From the NCBI GenBank assembly GCA_965612865.1, contig CBFDTJ010000020.1:1-21377 (forward strand): DNA of 21,377 nucleotides, given 5' to 3'. Source of the stretch: an uncultured bacterium (GTDB lineage Bacteria > Caldisericota > Caldisericia > B22-G15). Every line of letters begins with the position of its first letter. Position 1 is the first letter of the stretch. The notes below the pieces were generated by a model. It saw only the letters and a list, made by a program, of their open reading frames with translations. It did not search any database and was not told the DNA's origin. The translations under genes and the position numbers were made by a program. Of this stretch, positions 1-8,091 are shown in pieces.

Positions 1-95
<95 letters not shown>

Positions 96-173
96 CTAAA
101 AAGAAAAAGAGAGCCAGACTTCACCTCCTTTCATTTATTCTATAAGTGTCTTTCAGGGAAAAATTTCCATCTA

Positions 174-249
174 TGGAGCCCATGAGCGGACTCGAACCGC
201 TGACCTTGTCCTTACCAAGGACACGCTCTACCTCCTGAGCTACATGGGC
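174..249 (-). tRNA. tRNA-Thr(GGT)
   Basis: GCCCATG...TT-GGT-AA...GGTTCGAGTCC...CATGGGC-T-CCA; 76-nt cloverleaf with encoded CCA. Confidence 0.97.
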
Positions 250-250
250 A

Positions 251-325
<75 letters not shown>

Positions 326-333
326 ACGATGTA

Positions 334-409
334 TGGAGCGGGAGACGGGACTCGAACCCGCGGCACTCAGCTTGGAAGGCTGATGCTCTACCAACTGAGC
401 TACTCCCGC
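334..409 (-). tRNA. tRNA-Gly(TCC)
   Basis: GCGGGAG...CT-TCC-AA...GGTTCGAGTCC...CTCCCGC-T-CCA; 76 nt. Confidence 0.97.
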
Positions 410-410
410 A

Positions 411-496
411 TGGTGGAGAGGGGAGGATTCGAACCTCCGAAGGCATTCGCCGGCAGATTTACAGTCTGCTGCGTTTGACCACTTCGCTACCTCTCC
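411..496 (-). tRNA. tRNA-Tyr(GTA)
   Basis: GGAGAGG...CT-GTA-AA, long variable arm, GGTTCGAATCC...CCTCTCC-A-CCA; 86 nt. Confidence 0.97.
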
Positions 497-501
497 ACAA
501 A

Positions 502-576
502 TGGAGCCGGCGGAGGGATTTGAACCCCCGACCCGCTGATTACAAATCAGCTGCTCTACCACTGAGCTACGCCGGC
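502..576 (-). tRNA. tRNA-Thr(TGT)
   Basis: GCCGGCG...TT-TGT-AA...GGTTCAAATCC...CGCCGGC-T-CCA; 75 nt. Confidence 0.97.
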
Positions 577-588
577 AATCCAATAAGA

Positions 589-616
589 ATTATATTAAAT
601 CTAAACTGTTTGTCAA
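589..616 (-). promoter_or_regulatory. Proximal sigma70-type promoter of the tRNA-tuf operon
   Basis: TTGACA (616-611), 16 nt, TATAAT (594-589), 12 nt upstream of tRNA-Thr(TGT). Confidence 0.85.
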
Positions 617-628
617 GGAGCATAGGAT

Positions 629-656
629 ATATTACACTATTTTTTGATTTTGTCAA
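629..656 (-). promoter_or_regulatory. Distal (tandem) promoter of the tRNA-tuf operon
   Basis: TTGACA (656-651), 16 nt, TAATAT (634-629). Confidence 0.65.
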
Positions 657-675
657 TAGATTAAACAATACATTT

Positions 676-1881
676 TTAAGCTCTTCTAATCTCCTTAACA
701 AAAAACAATGAAATGGATATAAGAGTTACCATTAAACCAAGAAAAGAGAAAAGTCTATCAACAGGTATTTTATCTGCAATAGATGTGAAAATTCCAATGG
801 AAAGAGGAGCAAGACTTCCTGTAACAATGGACATGGTGGAAAAGAGCCTTCCTCTCATTCTTTCCTCTGTAAGTTCCTGCATAAGAGAGATGATGGGACT
901 ATTTACAAAGGCAACGAACACTCCCGCTGTGATTATTGAGCTATAAATCATGGTCATATTTTTGAATAAACCAAGGAAAAATACAGAAACTCCTGCTCCT
1001 AAAAATCCCATAAGAATGTAAAATCCCTTCCTTTTGACTTTTGCAATGGAGAGGTAAACAAAACCTACCAGCGTACCAACAGAAACTGCAGAATTTAAAA
1101 ATCCGAAATCCATTACACTTTTCCCGAGAATTTTCTTAACAAAGGGAGCAAGAAGTATTCCCACAGGAGAGAAGAAAAAGTTTATCCATGCCAGAGCAAT
1201 TATAAGATACAGAATTACTTTGGTTTTTATAATAAAATTTATTCCTTCCTTAAACTCCTGAAACCAGACCTTAAGGTTTAATCCCTCAACCTGTGAGACG
1301 AGCTTCTCCTCCAATCTTATAAAATAGATACAGAAAGCTCCTATAAAAAACGAGATGGCATCAAAGATAATTAAAGAGAGCATCCCGAACTTTGCCATAA
1401 TAAGACCGGATATAGCAGGTCCAATGAGAAAGGAAAGCCTGAAAACAAGCTGCAGTATTGAATTCCCTTTTATAAGCTGATCCTTTGTCAGGATAGAGGG
1501 AATTATGGAAGATTGAGATGGCTCAAAGAAGGCAGAGATAAAACCAAGAAGAGCTGATATGAAAAAGATTACGGGAATTGTAAACAACCCCAGAAGGAAG
1601 AGAATAGCGCTTATAAAAAGTAAGAATCCACTGAGTAGGTTGGAGAGAAACATGATTTTTCTTCTACTGACTCTATCTATTAAAACTCCAGAAAATATTT
1701 TGGTTACAAGATTTGGAACCATAAAGAATATCATTACACTTCCCATAAGAAGGGATGAACCGGTTGTCTGAAGCAAATACCACATAAGAGCTATCTCAAA
1801 AACAGCATCTCCCAGGTAAGATATACCCTGTCCTACAAATAGAAGAATAAAATTTTTATTTTTGAATATAGATTTATCCAT
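676..1881 (-). CDS. MFS transporter (H+ antiporter / DHA3 macrolide-efflux-like)
   Basis: 401 aa, about 12 hydrophobic segments, N-terminal NKNFILLFVGQGISYLGD, motif A-like GVLIDRVSRRKIM, C-half QELTEERMRGR. Confidence 0.9.
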   Translation of the reverse strand: MDKSIFKNKNFILLFVGQGISYLGDAVFEIALMWYLLQTTGSSLLMGSVMIFFMVPNLVTKIFSGVLIDRVSRRKIMFLSNLLSGFLLFISAILFLLGLFTIPVIFFISALLGFISAFFEPSQSSIIPSILTKDQLIKGNSILQLVFRLSFLIGPAISGLIMAKFGMLSLIIFDAISFFIGAFCIYFIRLEEKLVSQVEGLNLKVWFQEFKEGINFIIKTKVILYLIIALAWINFFFSPVGILLAPFVKKILGKSVMDFGFLNSAVSVGTLVGFVYLSIAKVKRKGFYILMGFLGAGVSVFFLGLFKNMTMIYSSIITAGVFVAFVNSPIISLMQELTEERMRGRLFSTMSIVTGSLAPLSIGIFTSIADKIPVDRLFSFLGLMVTLISISLFFVKEIRRA

Positions 1882-2791
1882 GTGTTTTTACAGATACCTT
1901 TACGTCTCCACTTAAACTTACAAGGTCAATTTTATTCCTGCCTTCACCTATTATAATCTTCTCATCAGATATCTTTTCTCTTACACCATCTTTTAAAATT
2001 TTGACATCGCCTCTTTTTGTCTTGAGAGAGATTGAGAGATTATCGCTGTTTATAGAAAGATCTACATCTCCATGATGGCTCTTACCCTTTACGTCCCCTT
2101 CAATTAAAGCATCTCTCATTTTGATATCTCCACTGAAGATATTAAACTCAAGACCTTTAATTAAACTTTTCTCTATGTGAACATCGCCTGAATAAGTCTT
2201 TAGACTTCCTTCAATTTCACACTCTCTTATGTTTACATCTCCAGATTTTAAATGAAAATTCACGTCTCCCTTCACCCTGATAAGTCTTAAATCTCCACTG
2301 GCAGAATCAAATTCAATTCCTCCTTCAAATTCTTCAATCTCTGTGTCTCCACTTAGGCTTTTAAGTGAGAGTTTACCCTTTATTCCTTTAACTTTAACAT
2401 CCCCGGAAATCGTATGTATATTAATATCTATCTCCTTGGGTACTTTAATCTTTAAAGCTGGTATGGTAGATATAAGCCTGTTGAAATTGAAATGGGGGAG
2501 AAGTTTTACCTTCAATTTACTCATAATCTTTAGTTCATCATCTTTCTCCTCTATATTAACTGTGTCCATTCCTTCCTCTATCTGGACATTGTCTATATCA
2601 CTTCCTTCTATTTCCAGATCCTGTCTCTCAATATTAATGGAGATTCTCTTATATTTTCCTTTAAGCGCATCCATTGAAGATTCATCATCTCCTTCACTTA
2701 AAATTTCCTTTAGCATTTCATTCTTCTCTTCCTCTGTAAGCTTCCCCATCTTAACCAGCTCATCAAGTTTTCTCAAAATCTCCTCATCCAT
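1874..2791 (-). CDS. DUF4097-type beta-strand-repeat protein with N-terminal SHOCT-like helices (YvlB/LiaX-like)
   Basis: Repeated (S/T)xSGD(V/I/L) units (TISGDV, SLSGDT, SASGDL, LKSGDV, TYSGDV, IFSGDI); N-terminal ILRKLDELVKMGKLTEEEK; overlaps both neighbours by 8 nt. Confidence 0.8.
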   Translation of the reverse strand: MDEEILRKLDELVKMGKLTEEEKNEMLKEILSEGDDESSMDALKGKYKRISINIERQDLEIEGSDIDNVQIEEGMDTVNIEEKDDELKIMSKLKVKLLPHFNFNRLISTIPALKIKVPKEIDINIHTISGDVKVKGIKGKLSLKSLSGDTEIEEFEGGIEFDSASGDLRLIRVKGDVNFHLKSGDVNIRECEIEGSLKTYSGDVHIEKSLIKGLEFNIFSGDIKMRDALIEGDVKGKSHHGDVDLSINSDNLSISLKTKRGDVKILKDGVREKISDEKIIIGEGRNKIDLVSLSGDVKVSVKTHG

Positions 2792-3155
2792 TTTTCTTTA
2801 CCTCCTTTATCAGTTTTATTGCTTCCTTTGAGGTTATTTCACCTCTTTCCAGTTTTTCTAAAATTTCCTTTATCAATGGATTTTTTGCCTTTTCTTCATA
2901 CAGACCGAGGGATACAAGAAGCTCTTCAAGTCTTGCCTTCGCTGTTGGATAGGAAATACCAAGTCTTTCCTGAACCTCTTTAAGGTTTCCTCTGGAGATA
3001 AGAAAGATGAGAAGGAAATTTTCTTCTTCAGGAGATAGTGTAAGAAATCTACTTAACCTGTAATGTCCCCTAACCACAGTTCCACATTTAGGACATCTAA
3101 GTTCGGTTATCTCAAGCATCTCTCCACAGGAAGGACACTTTGATGGAAGTCTCAT
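2784..3155 (-). CDS. DUF2089-family protein (Zn ribbon, HTH, SHOCT-like tail); probable regulator
   Basis: CPSCG...CPKCGT, GNLKEVQERLGISYPTAKARL, C-terminal ILEKLERGEITSKEAIKLI; SD AGGAGG upstream. Confidence 0.85.
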   Translation of the reverse strand: MRLPSKCPSCGEMLEITELRCPKCGTVVRGHYRLSRFLTLSPEEENFLLIFLISRGNLKEVQERLGISYPTAKARLEELLVSLGLYEEKAKNPLIKEILEKLERGEITSKEAIKLIKEVKKNG

Positions 3156-3212
3156 TTTTTAGCCTCCTTTTTAATTCCAATCTCATTTAAAAAATTAAAT
3201 CTTACTTTAATA

Positions 3213-3240
3213 ATATTAAAATAAATTTTAACTTTGTCAA
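3213..3240 (-). promoter_or_regulatory. Promoter of the DUF2089-DUF4097-MFS operon
   Basis: TTGACA (3240-3235), 16 nt, TAATAT (3218-3213). Confidence 0.6.
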
Positions 3241-3244
3241 GTAA

Positions 3245-3273
3245 TTGAAATTTGGGGAAATTTATTTTATCTT
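3245..3273 (+). promoter_or_regulatory. Probable promoter of comM (leaderless arrangement)
   Basis: TTGAAA (3245-3250), 17 nt, TATCTT (3268-3273), 6 nt, ATG 3280; no SD. Confidence 0.5.
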
Positions 3274-3279
3274 TTAGAT

Positions 3280-4797
3280 ATGTATGCGAAAGTAAAGGCA
3301 GTGACACACCTGGGTTTGAAAGTGTATGAGATTACTGTAGAAGTGGACATCTCCTCAGGGCTTCCATCTTTTACAATCGTCGGTCTCCCTGATGCTTCAG
3401 TTCAGGAAGCCAAAGAGAGAGTAAGGGCAGCTATAAAAAACTCTGGCTTTGATCTTCCTGTAAGAAGGATAACAATTAATCTTGCTCCTGGTGAGATAAA
3501 AAAAGAGGGTACGCTCTTTGATTTACCCATAGCCATAGGAATACTTGCTGCATCAGATCAAATTCCAAAGGACAGCGTAGTAGATTATTACTTTGTGGGG
3601 GAACTATCCCTTGAAGGAGAGCTCAGGAGGGTAAGTGGCGGACTTCCTTTATCCCTTTTCTTAAAGGGGAAGAATTTTGTAATTCCAAAAGGAAATCTTG
3701 TAGAGTGCTCCCTTTCAAAGGAGACAAGATTGTATCATTTTGAAAACTTAACTGAAGTTGTTCTGTTTCTCAGAGGAGAGGAACAAAGAGAACCTGTAGT
3801 GAATAGAGATATAGAATTTATAGATAAAGAGTTTGATTTAGACTTTTCAGATGTAAAGGGACATAGATTCCTAAAAAGGGCAATGGAGATTGCCGCAGCT
3901 GGAAAACATCATATAATAATGGTTGGGTCTCCTGGTTCAGGAAAGACAATGCTTTCAAGAAGGATGCCAACAATTATGCCTCCACTTGACTATGATGATG
4001 CAGTGGAGATAACAAAAATATACTCCATTGCTGGATTATTGAAAGATGGGGAAGATATTATAAAGGTGAGACCTTTTCGTGCACCTCATCACACCATATC
4101 CTATGCAGGACTTGTGGGTGGTGGAACAATTCCAAAACCCGGGGAGATAAGTCTTGCTCACAAAGGAGTTTTATTCCTTGATGAGCTTCCTGAATTTAGA
4201 AGAGATGTCTTAGAGGTTTTAAGACAACCACTTGAAGATGGATATATAACAATATCCCGGGTAAAAAGTAGCCTTGAATTTCCGTCAGATTTTTTACTTG
4301 TTGCGGCAATGAACCCCTGTCCCTGTGGTTACTATGGGGACCCGGAAAAGGCATGCACATGCTCTATAGGAGAGATAAAGAGATACAGAAGGAAAGTATC
4401 TGGACCGCTATGGGATAGGTTCGATATAAAATTAAAGGTGCCAAGACTTACAGATACAGAGATCTTTGAAAAAAAGGAAGCAGAGAGTTCGGAAAAGATC
4501 AGGGAAAGAGTTAAAAAAGCCTGGGAAATTCAGAAAGAAAGATACATTAAAGAGAAGATTAAATTTAATGGGAGACTAACTCCAAAACTTATCAAAAAAT
4601 ATATCCCCCTTACTGAAGAGGCTGAAAGGACACTCAAGAATGCGTTAAAATCATTGAAACTTACGCTAAGGAGTATGGACAAAATAGTGAAACTTTCAAG
4701 AACCATTGCAGATCTTGAAGGAGATGAAAAGGTAAATACTTCACACCTGCTTGAAGCAATAAGTTATCAAAGGTATTCTCTATCAGATGACATTTAA
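3280..4797 (+). CDS. comM: YifB/ComM family Mg-chelatase-like AAA+ ATPase
   Basis: GLPDASVQEAKERVRAAIKNSG, NLAPG, Walker A GSPGSGKT, RAPHHTIS, PGEISLAHKGVLFLDE, AMNPCPCG. Confidence 0.95.
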   Translation: MYAKVKAVTHLGLKVYEITVEVDISSGLPSFTIVGLPDASVQEAKERVRAAIKNSGFDLPVRRITINLAPGEIKKEGTLFDLPIAIGILAASDQIPKDSVVDYYFVGELSLEGELRRVSGGLPLSLFLKGKNFVIPKGNLVECSLSKETRLYHFENLTEVVLFLRGEEQREPVVNRDIEFIDKEFDLDFSDVKGHRFLKRAMEIAAAGKHHIIMVGSPGSGKTMLSRRMPTIMPPLDYDDAVEITKIYSIAGLLKDGEDIIKVRPFRAPHHTISYAGLVGGGTIPKPGEISLAHKGVLFLDELPEFRRDVLEVLRQPLEDGYITISRVKSSLEFPSDFLLVAAMNPCPCGYYGDPEKACTCSIGEIKRYRRKVSGPLWDRFDIKLKVPRLTDTEIFEKKEAESSEKIRERVKKAWEIQKERYIKEKIKFNGRLTPKLIKKYIPLTEEAERTLKNALKSLKLTLRSMDKIVKLSRTIADLEGDEKVNTSHLLEAISYQRYSLSDDI

Positions 4798-5482
4798 AAT
4801 AGTTGATTTAACTCATACAATAGATGAAGATATTCCAGTATTTCCAGGAGATCCACATATTAGAATTGAAAAGGTAAAAAATATAGAAAGAGATGGCTTT
4901 AACTTAAATTATATACATATGGGAGAACATACAGGAACACACATCGGAACACCACTGCATTTTATAAAGGATGGTTTTGACACATCAATGATTCCTTTGG
5001 AACTTTCACTTGTAAAATCAATAGTGATAGATATAAGTAAGAAAGCTCAGTTAAACAGAAACTATTTATTAAATATCTGCGATATAGAAATGTGGGAAAA
5101 AATTCATGGAGAGATAAGAGAAAAGTGCGCCCTTGTAAGGACAGATTGGGATAAATTCTGGAAAACGAAAGATTACCTTGGAATAGATACTCATGGAATT
5201 ATGCACTTCCCTGGAATAAAACCTGAGGCGGTAAGTTTTCTTATTAAGAAAGGAATCAAAATAATAGGAATAGATACTCATGGTATTGACGGTGGGATGA
5301 GTAAAAAATTCGAATCAAACAAAATCTTATTTGAAAATGGCGGCATACATATTGAAAATTTAAGAAACCTTGACAAACTTCCGGAAAGAGGTTTCTACAT
5401 ATTCTTGGGCTCATTGAAAATCAAAGGTGGTTCAGGTAGTCCCGCAAGAATTATTGCTCTTTTGGATACTTATGCTTATTAG
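4787..5482 (+). CDS. Cyclase-family metal-dependent hydrolase (kynurenine formamidase-like fold)
   Basis: VDLTHTI..PVFPGDP, HTGTHIGTPLHF, FPG, IGIDT, HIENL, GGSGSPARIIA. Confidence 0.88.
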   Translation: MTFKIVDLTHTIDEDIPVFPGDPHIRIEKVKNIERDGFNLNYIHMGEHTGTHIGTPLHFIKDGFDTSMIPLELSLVKSIVIDISKKAQLNRNYLLNICDIEMWEKIHGEIREKCALVRTDWDKFWKTKDYLGIDTHGIMHFPGIKPEAVSFLIKKGIKIIGIDTHGIDGGMSKKFESNKILFENGGIHIENLRNLDKLPERGFYIFLGSLKIKGGSGSPARIIALLDTYAY

Positions 5483-5550
5483 TATAAACTCATCCTTAAA
5501 CAGGTTGTGTTAAAAACGATAAGACAAAGCAGCATTAAATATTAAAGAGA

Positions 5551-5806
5551 ATAAAGCATAAAAACAAATTTACTGTTTCATTAATTACAGCTTTACTTCT
5601 TTTAACAAGGGTTTCTTATATATAAGAAGATTTCAAATTCTTCAAGCAATGTAAAAAGTGATGTATTTGTGGGGGAAGTTAATGGAGAGAACCTATCTTT
5701 TCGAATGTTATACTTCACTATTTTTGAAGATAAAGAAGAATTAAGAAAAGAGTTGATAGAGGAGTTAAGGAGTAAAGGGGATATAAAAATATTAAATATT
5801 AAATAA
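5551..5806 (+). pseudogene. Frameshifted remnant of a membrane-anchored SurA/PrsA-like protein
   Basis: Frame A (from ATA 5551) IKHKNKFTVSLITALLLLT; a +1 shift near 5608 continues GFLIYKKISNSSSNVKSDVFVGEVNGENLSF...KELIEELRSKGDIKILNIK* (TAA 5804-5806). No ATG. The family call is by resemblance only. Confidence 0.45.
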
Positions 5807-5841
5807 GGATAAGGTGATAAATTTAAAGAATGAAATTCCAT

Positions 5842-5872
5842 AAAAAAATCCCCCTCCAATTCTGGAGGGGGA
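5842..5872 (-). terminator. Intrinsic terminator ending the carbamoyltransferase cluster
   Basis: 10-bp stem TCCCCCTCCA/TGGAGGGGGA (5849-5858, 5863-5872), 4-nt loop, followed on the minus strand by T7; 6 nt after the stop at 5879. Confidence 0.9.
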
Positions 5873-5878
5873 GATAAT

Positions 5879-6895
5879 TTAAAGGTCACCCATTGTTAAA
5901 GCCATGACTGCCTTTTGAACATGGAGTCTGTTCTCTGCAATATCATAGATTATAGACTTTGGTGAACTTGCCACCTCATCAACCACTTCATTGTTCCTAT
6001 CCACCGGCATTGGATGAATGAAATATGCATCGTTTGTGAGCTTCATAAGTTCAGTAGTTAAAGTCCAGTCCCTGTGCTTTTCTGCCATCTCAATCTCAGC
6101 CTCTTTTCCTATCTCATATCTCTTTGGACTCATCCAGTTTCTTGCGTAAACAACATCTGCACCCTGAAGTGCCTTCCTTAAATCATTTAAATCTCCAGAA
6201 ATTATTTCAAAGTCTCCCCCTGTCTTTTTTGCGTTATTCTTCACCATATCCATGATCTCTGGATCGAGATCATATCCTTCTGGATAAACAAGTTTTATAT
6301 CCATACCAAACTTTGATGAGATAAGGAGATTAGCATGTACAGATGACCAGGAACGAACCATCGTAGAGTATCCCCACATCATAACAAGCTTCTTTCTTTT
6401 AACATCACCCATATGCTCAAGAAGACCAAGTATATCTGCAAGAGCCTGACATGGATGGTACTTATCATGAGCCATGGATACAACAGGAACAGAAGCATAT
6501 TTTGCATACTCTCTTAATACATAATCACCCTGACCATACTCCTCTATGGCATCTTCAAGAAGTCTAATTCCAATACCTGCTGCATATCTACTCATAACAT
6601 TTGCAGCATCTTCAATAGTCTCTCCGGCTTTTTTCTTTGTTTTAAGTCTCATGCTTTTTGGTTCAAGAAACTGAGCATGACCACCTAACTCTGTCGCTGC
6701 TGCTTCAAAGGATTGTCTTGTTCTGACACTGGGATTGTAGAAGAGCATAAGAAATGTTTTCATTAAAAGTGCATTTCTGTAAGGATTAGTGAATCTCGCT
6801 CTCTTCATCTCTCTTGCAACTTCAAGAGTTTCCATAATTTCAGAAAGAGACCACTCCTCAATTGTAATTAAATCTCTTCCATGAAGTCTGTGCAT
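5879..6895 (-). CDS. Carbamoyltransferase B (ATCase/OTCase superfamily, divergent, probably knotted-type; substrate unknown)
   Basis: Carbamoyl-phosphate motif FYNPSVRTRQSFE, HPCQALAD, MMWGYS loop, VYARNW, HPMPVDR, AENRLHVQKA; SD GAAAGGAGG. Confidence 0.88.
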   Translation of the reverse strand: MHRLHGRDLITIEEWSLSEIMETLEVAREMKRARFTNPYRNALLMKTFLMLFYNPSVRTRQSFEAAATELGGHAQFLEPKSMRLKTKKKAGETIEDAANVMSRYAAGIGIRLLEDAIEEYGQGDYVLREYAKYASVPVVSMAHDKYHPCQALADILGLLEHMGDVKRKKLVMMWGYSTMVRSWSSVHANLLISSKFGMDIKLVYPEGYDLDPEIMDMVKNNAKKTGGDFEIISGDLNDLRKALQGADVVYARNWMSPKRYEIGKEAEIEMAEKHRDWTLTTELMKLTNDAYFIHPMPVDRNNEVVDEVASSPKSIIYDIAENRLHVQKAVMALTMGDL

Positions 6896-6920
6896 AATTC
6901 CCTCCTTTCCCTTATTTTAT

Positions 6921-6963
6921 AAAAATAAAAACCGCAGAGGAAAATTCATACTCCTCTGCGGTT
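6921..6963 (-). terminator. Intrinsic terminator between carbamate kinase and carbamoyltransferase B
   Basis: 12-bp perfect stem AACCGCAGAGGA/TCCTCTGCGGTT (6930-6941, 6952-6963), followed on the minus strand by TTTATTTTT. Confidence 0.8.
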
Positions 6964-6990
6964 CATTTTCTTCTCTCTCCTTTTTAGTTA

Positions 6991-8076
6991 TTAGTCTGGA
7001 ACAATGGTTGTTCCTGCTTTACCCTCAAGGGTCTCAAGGTACTTTGTGGTAAGAGAAATATATGCTCTACTTCCACCTGCTTCAAGGAATTTAATTATTG
7101 CCAAGATCTTTGGTCCCATACTTCCAGGCGGGAAGTGTCCCTCTTCATAGTACTTCTTTGCTTCAGAAAGGGTTAAGTGTCTTAAATCAACCTGTTTTGG
7201 TGTTTGATAGTAAAGTTTTGCTCCATCTTCTCCTGTAAATATTGTAAGGGTTACCTCAACATCCTCTCCTCTCTCTTTCGCTCTCTTAAGTAGCATCCTA
7301 CCAAGAAGGGATGAAGCAAGATCCTTATCTATTACCGCTTCAACTCCACGATATATCTTAAGTCCTTTTGGTCCCTTAAATTCTATTCCATAATTGCATT
7401 TGTACACTCCGTTCTCGTCAGGTTTAACTTCTACAACTGGAATTCCTCCTCCACCTACAGTTATAGGAATATCTCCTTTCTCAAGTGCTGCTTCAACTGC
7501 TTCAATTTCTACTATATCAAGAGGTTCTGGGGATGGAACAACCCTACGCCACAGCTCATTACCCTCTTCATCCTTCTTGTATAATTTAACAGTCCAGCCT
7601 TTTTCCTTTGCTCTCTTAAGAGCCTCTTCCTTTGAGTATGGAGGTCCAACATACTTTGTTGGATTTTTAAATCCTGGATCATCTTCACTTACAACAACCT
7701 GAGTTACAACTGCAGTAACAGTTTTGTCAATGCCGTTTGCCTTCAATTCGTTTCCAAGAATCTGACCAATCATATAACCCATGGCACCCTGTGTATCTGC
7801 ACCACATACATCAAGGGGAAGTGGGGGAAGAACATTGCTTGCAATTTCAGATCTAAGCAAAACATTTCCCACCTGAGGACCATTACCATGAGTAATTATA
7901 AATCCATCCTCTGGAAATTCCTTAACAATCTTTGCTATGTGTCTACTTGTTTCACGGGTTCTGTTCCATTGCATTGGAATATCAGGAATGATGGGCTTTC
8001 CATGTTCATCCTTCAATCCAACTGGTGATACTTCATTTCCTCCAAAAGCGAAAATCCTTATGTGTTTTTTTGCCAC
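6991..8076 (-). CDS. arcC: Carbamate kinase (GTG start)
   Basis: AFGGN, THGNGPQVG, CGADTQGAMGY, NPTKYVGP, WRRVVPSPEP, GGGGIPV, GVEAVIDKD, FPPGSMGPK; SD AGGAGG. Confidence 0.95.
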   Translation of the reverse strand: MAKKHIRIFAFGGNEVSPVGLKDEHGKPIIPDIPMQWNRTRETSRHIAKIVKEFPEDGFIITHGNGPQVGNVLLRSEIASNVLPPLPLDVCGADTQGAMGYMIGQILGNELKANGIDKTVTAVVTQVVVSEDDPGFKNPTKYVGPPYSKEEALKRAKEKGWTVKLYKKDEEGNELWRRVVPSPEPLDIVEIEAVEAALEKGDIPITVGGGGIPVVEVKPDENGVYKCNYGIEFKGPKGLKIYRGVEAVIDKDLASSLLGRMLLKRAKERGEDVEVTLTIFTGEDGAKLYYQTPKQVDLRHLTLSEAKKYYEEGHFPPGSMGPKILAIIKFLEAGGSRAYISLTTKYLETLEGKAGTTIVPD

Positions 8077-8091
8077 TTCTAATACCTCCTT

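Noticed and set aside
3280..4797. Magnesium chelatase or photosynthesis interpretation
   Set aside because: The Lon-like N-domain and the PCPCG motif identify YifB/ComM, not ChlI.
5602..5889. 95-aa minus-strand ORF
   Set aside because: It runs through the terminator hairpin and is the antisense shadow of the plus-strand remnant at 5551-5806.
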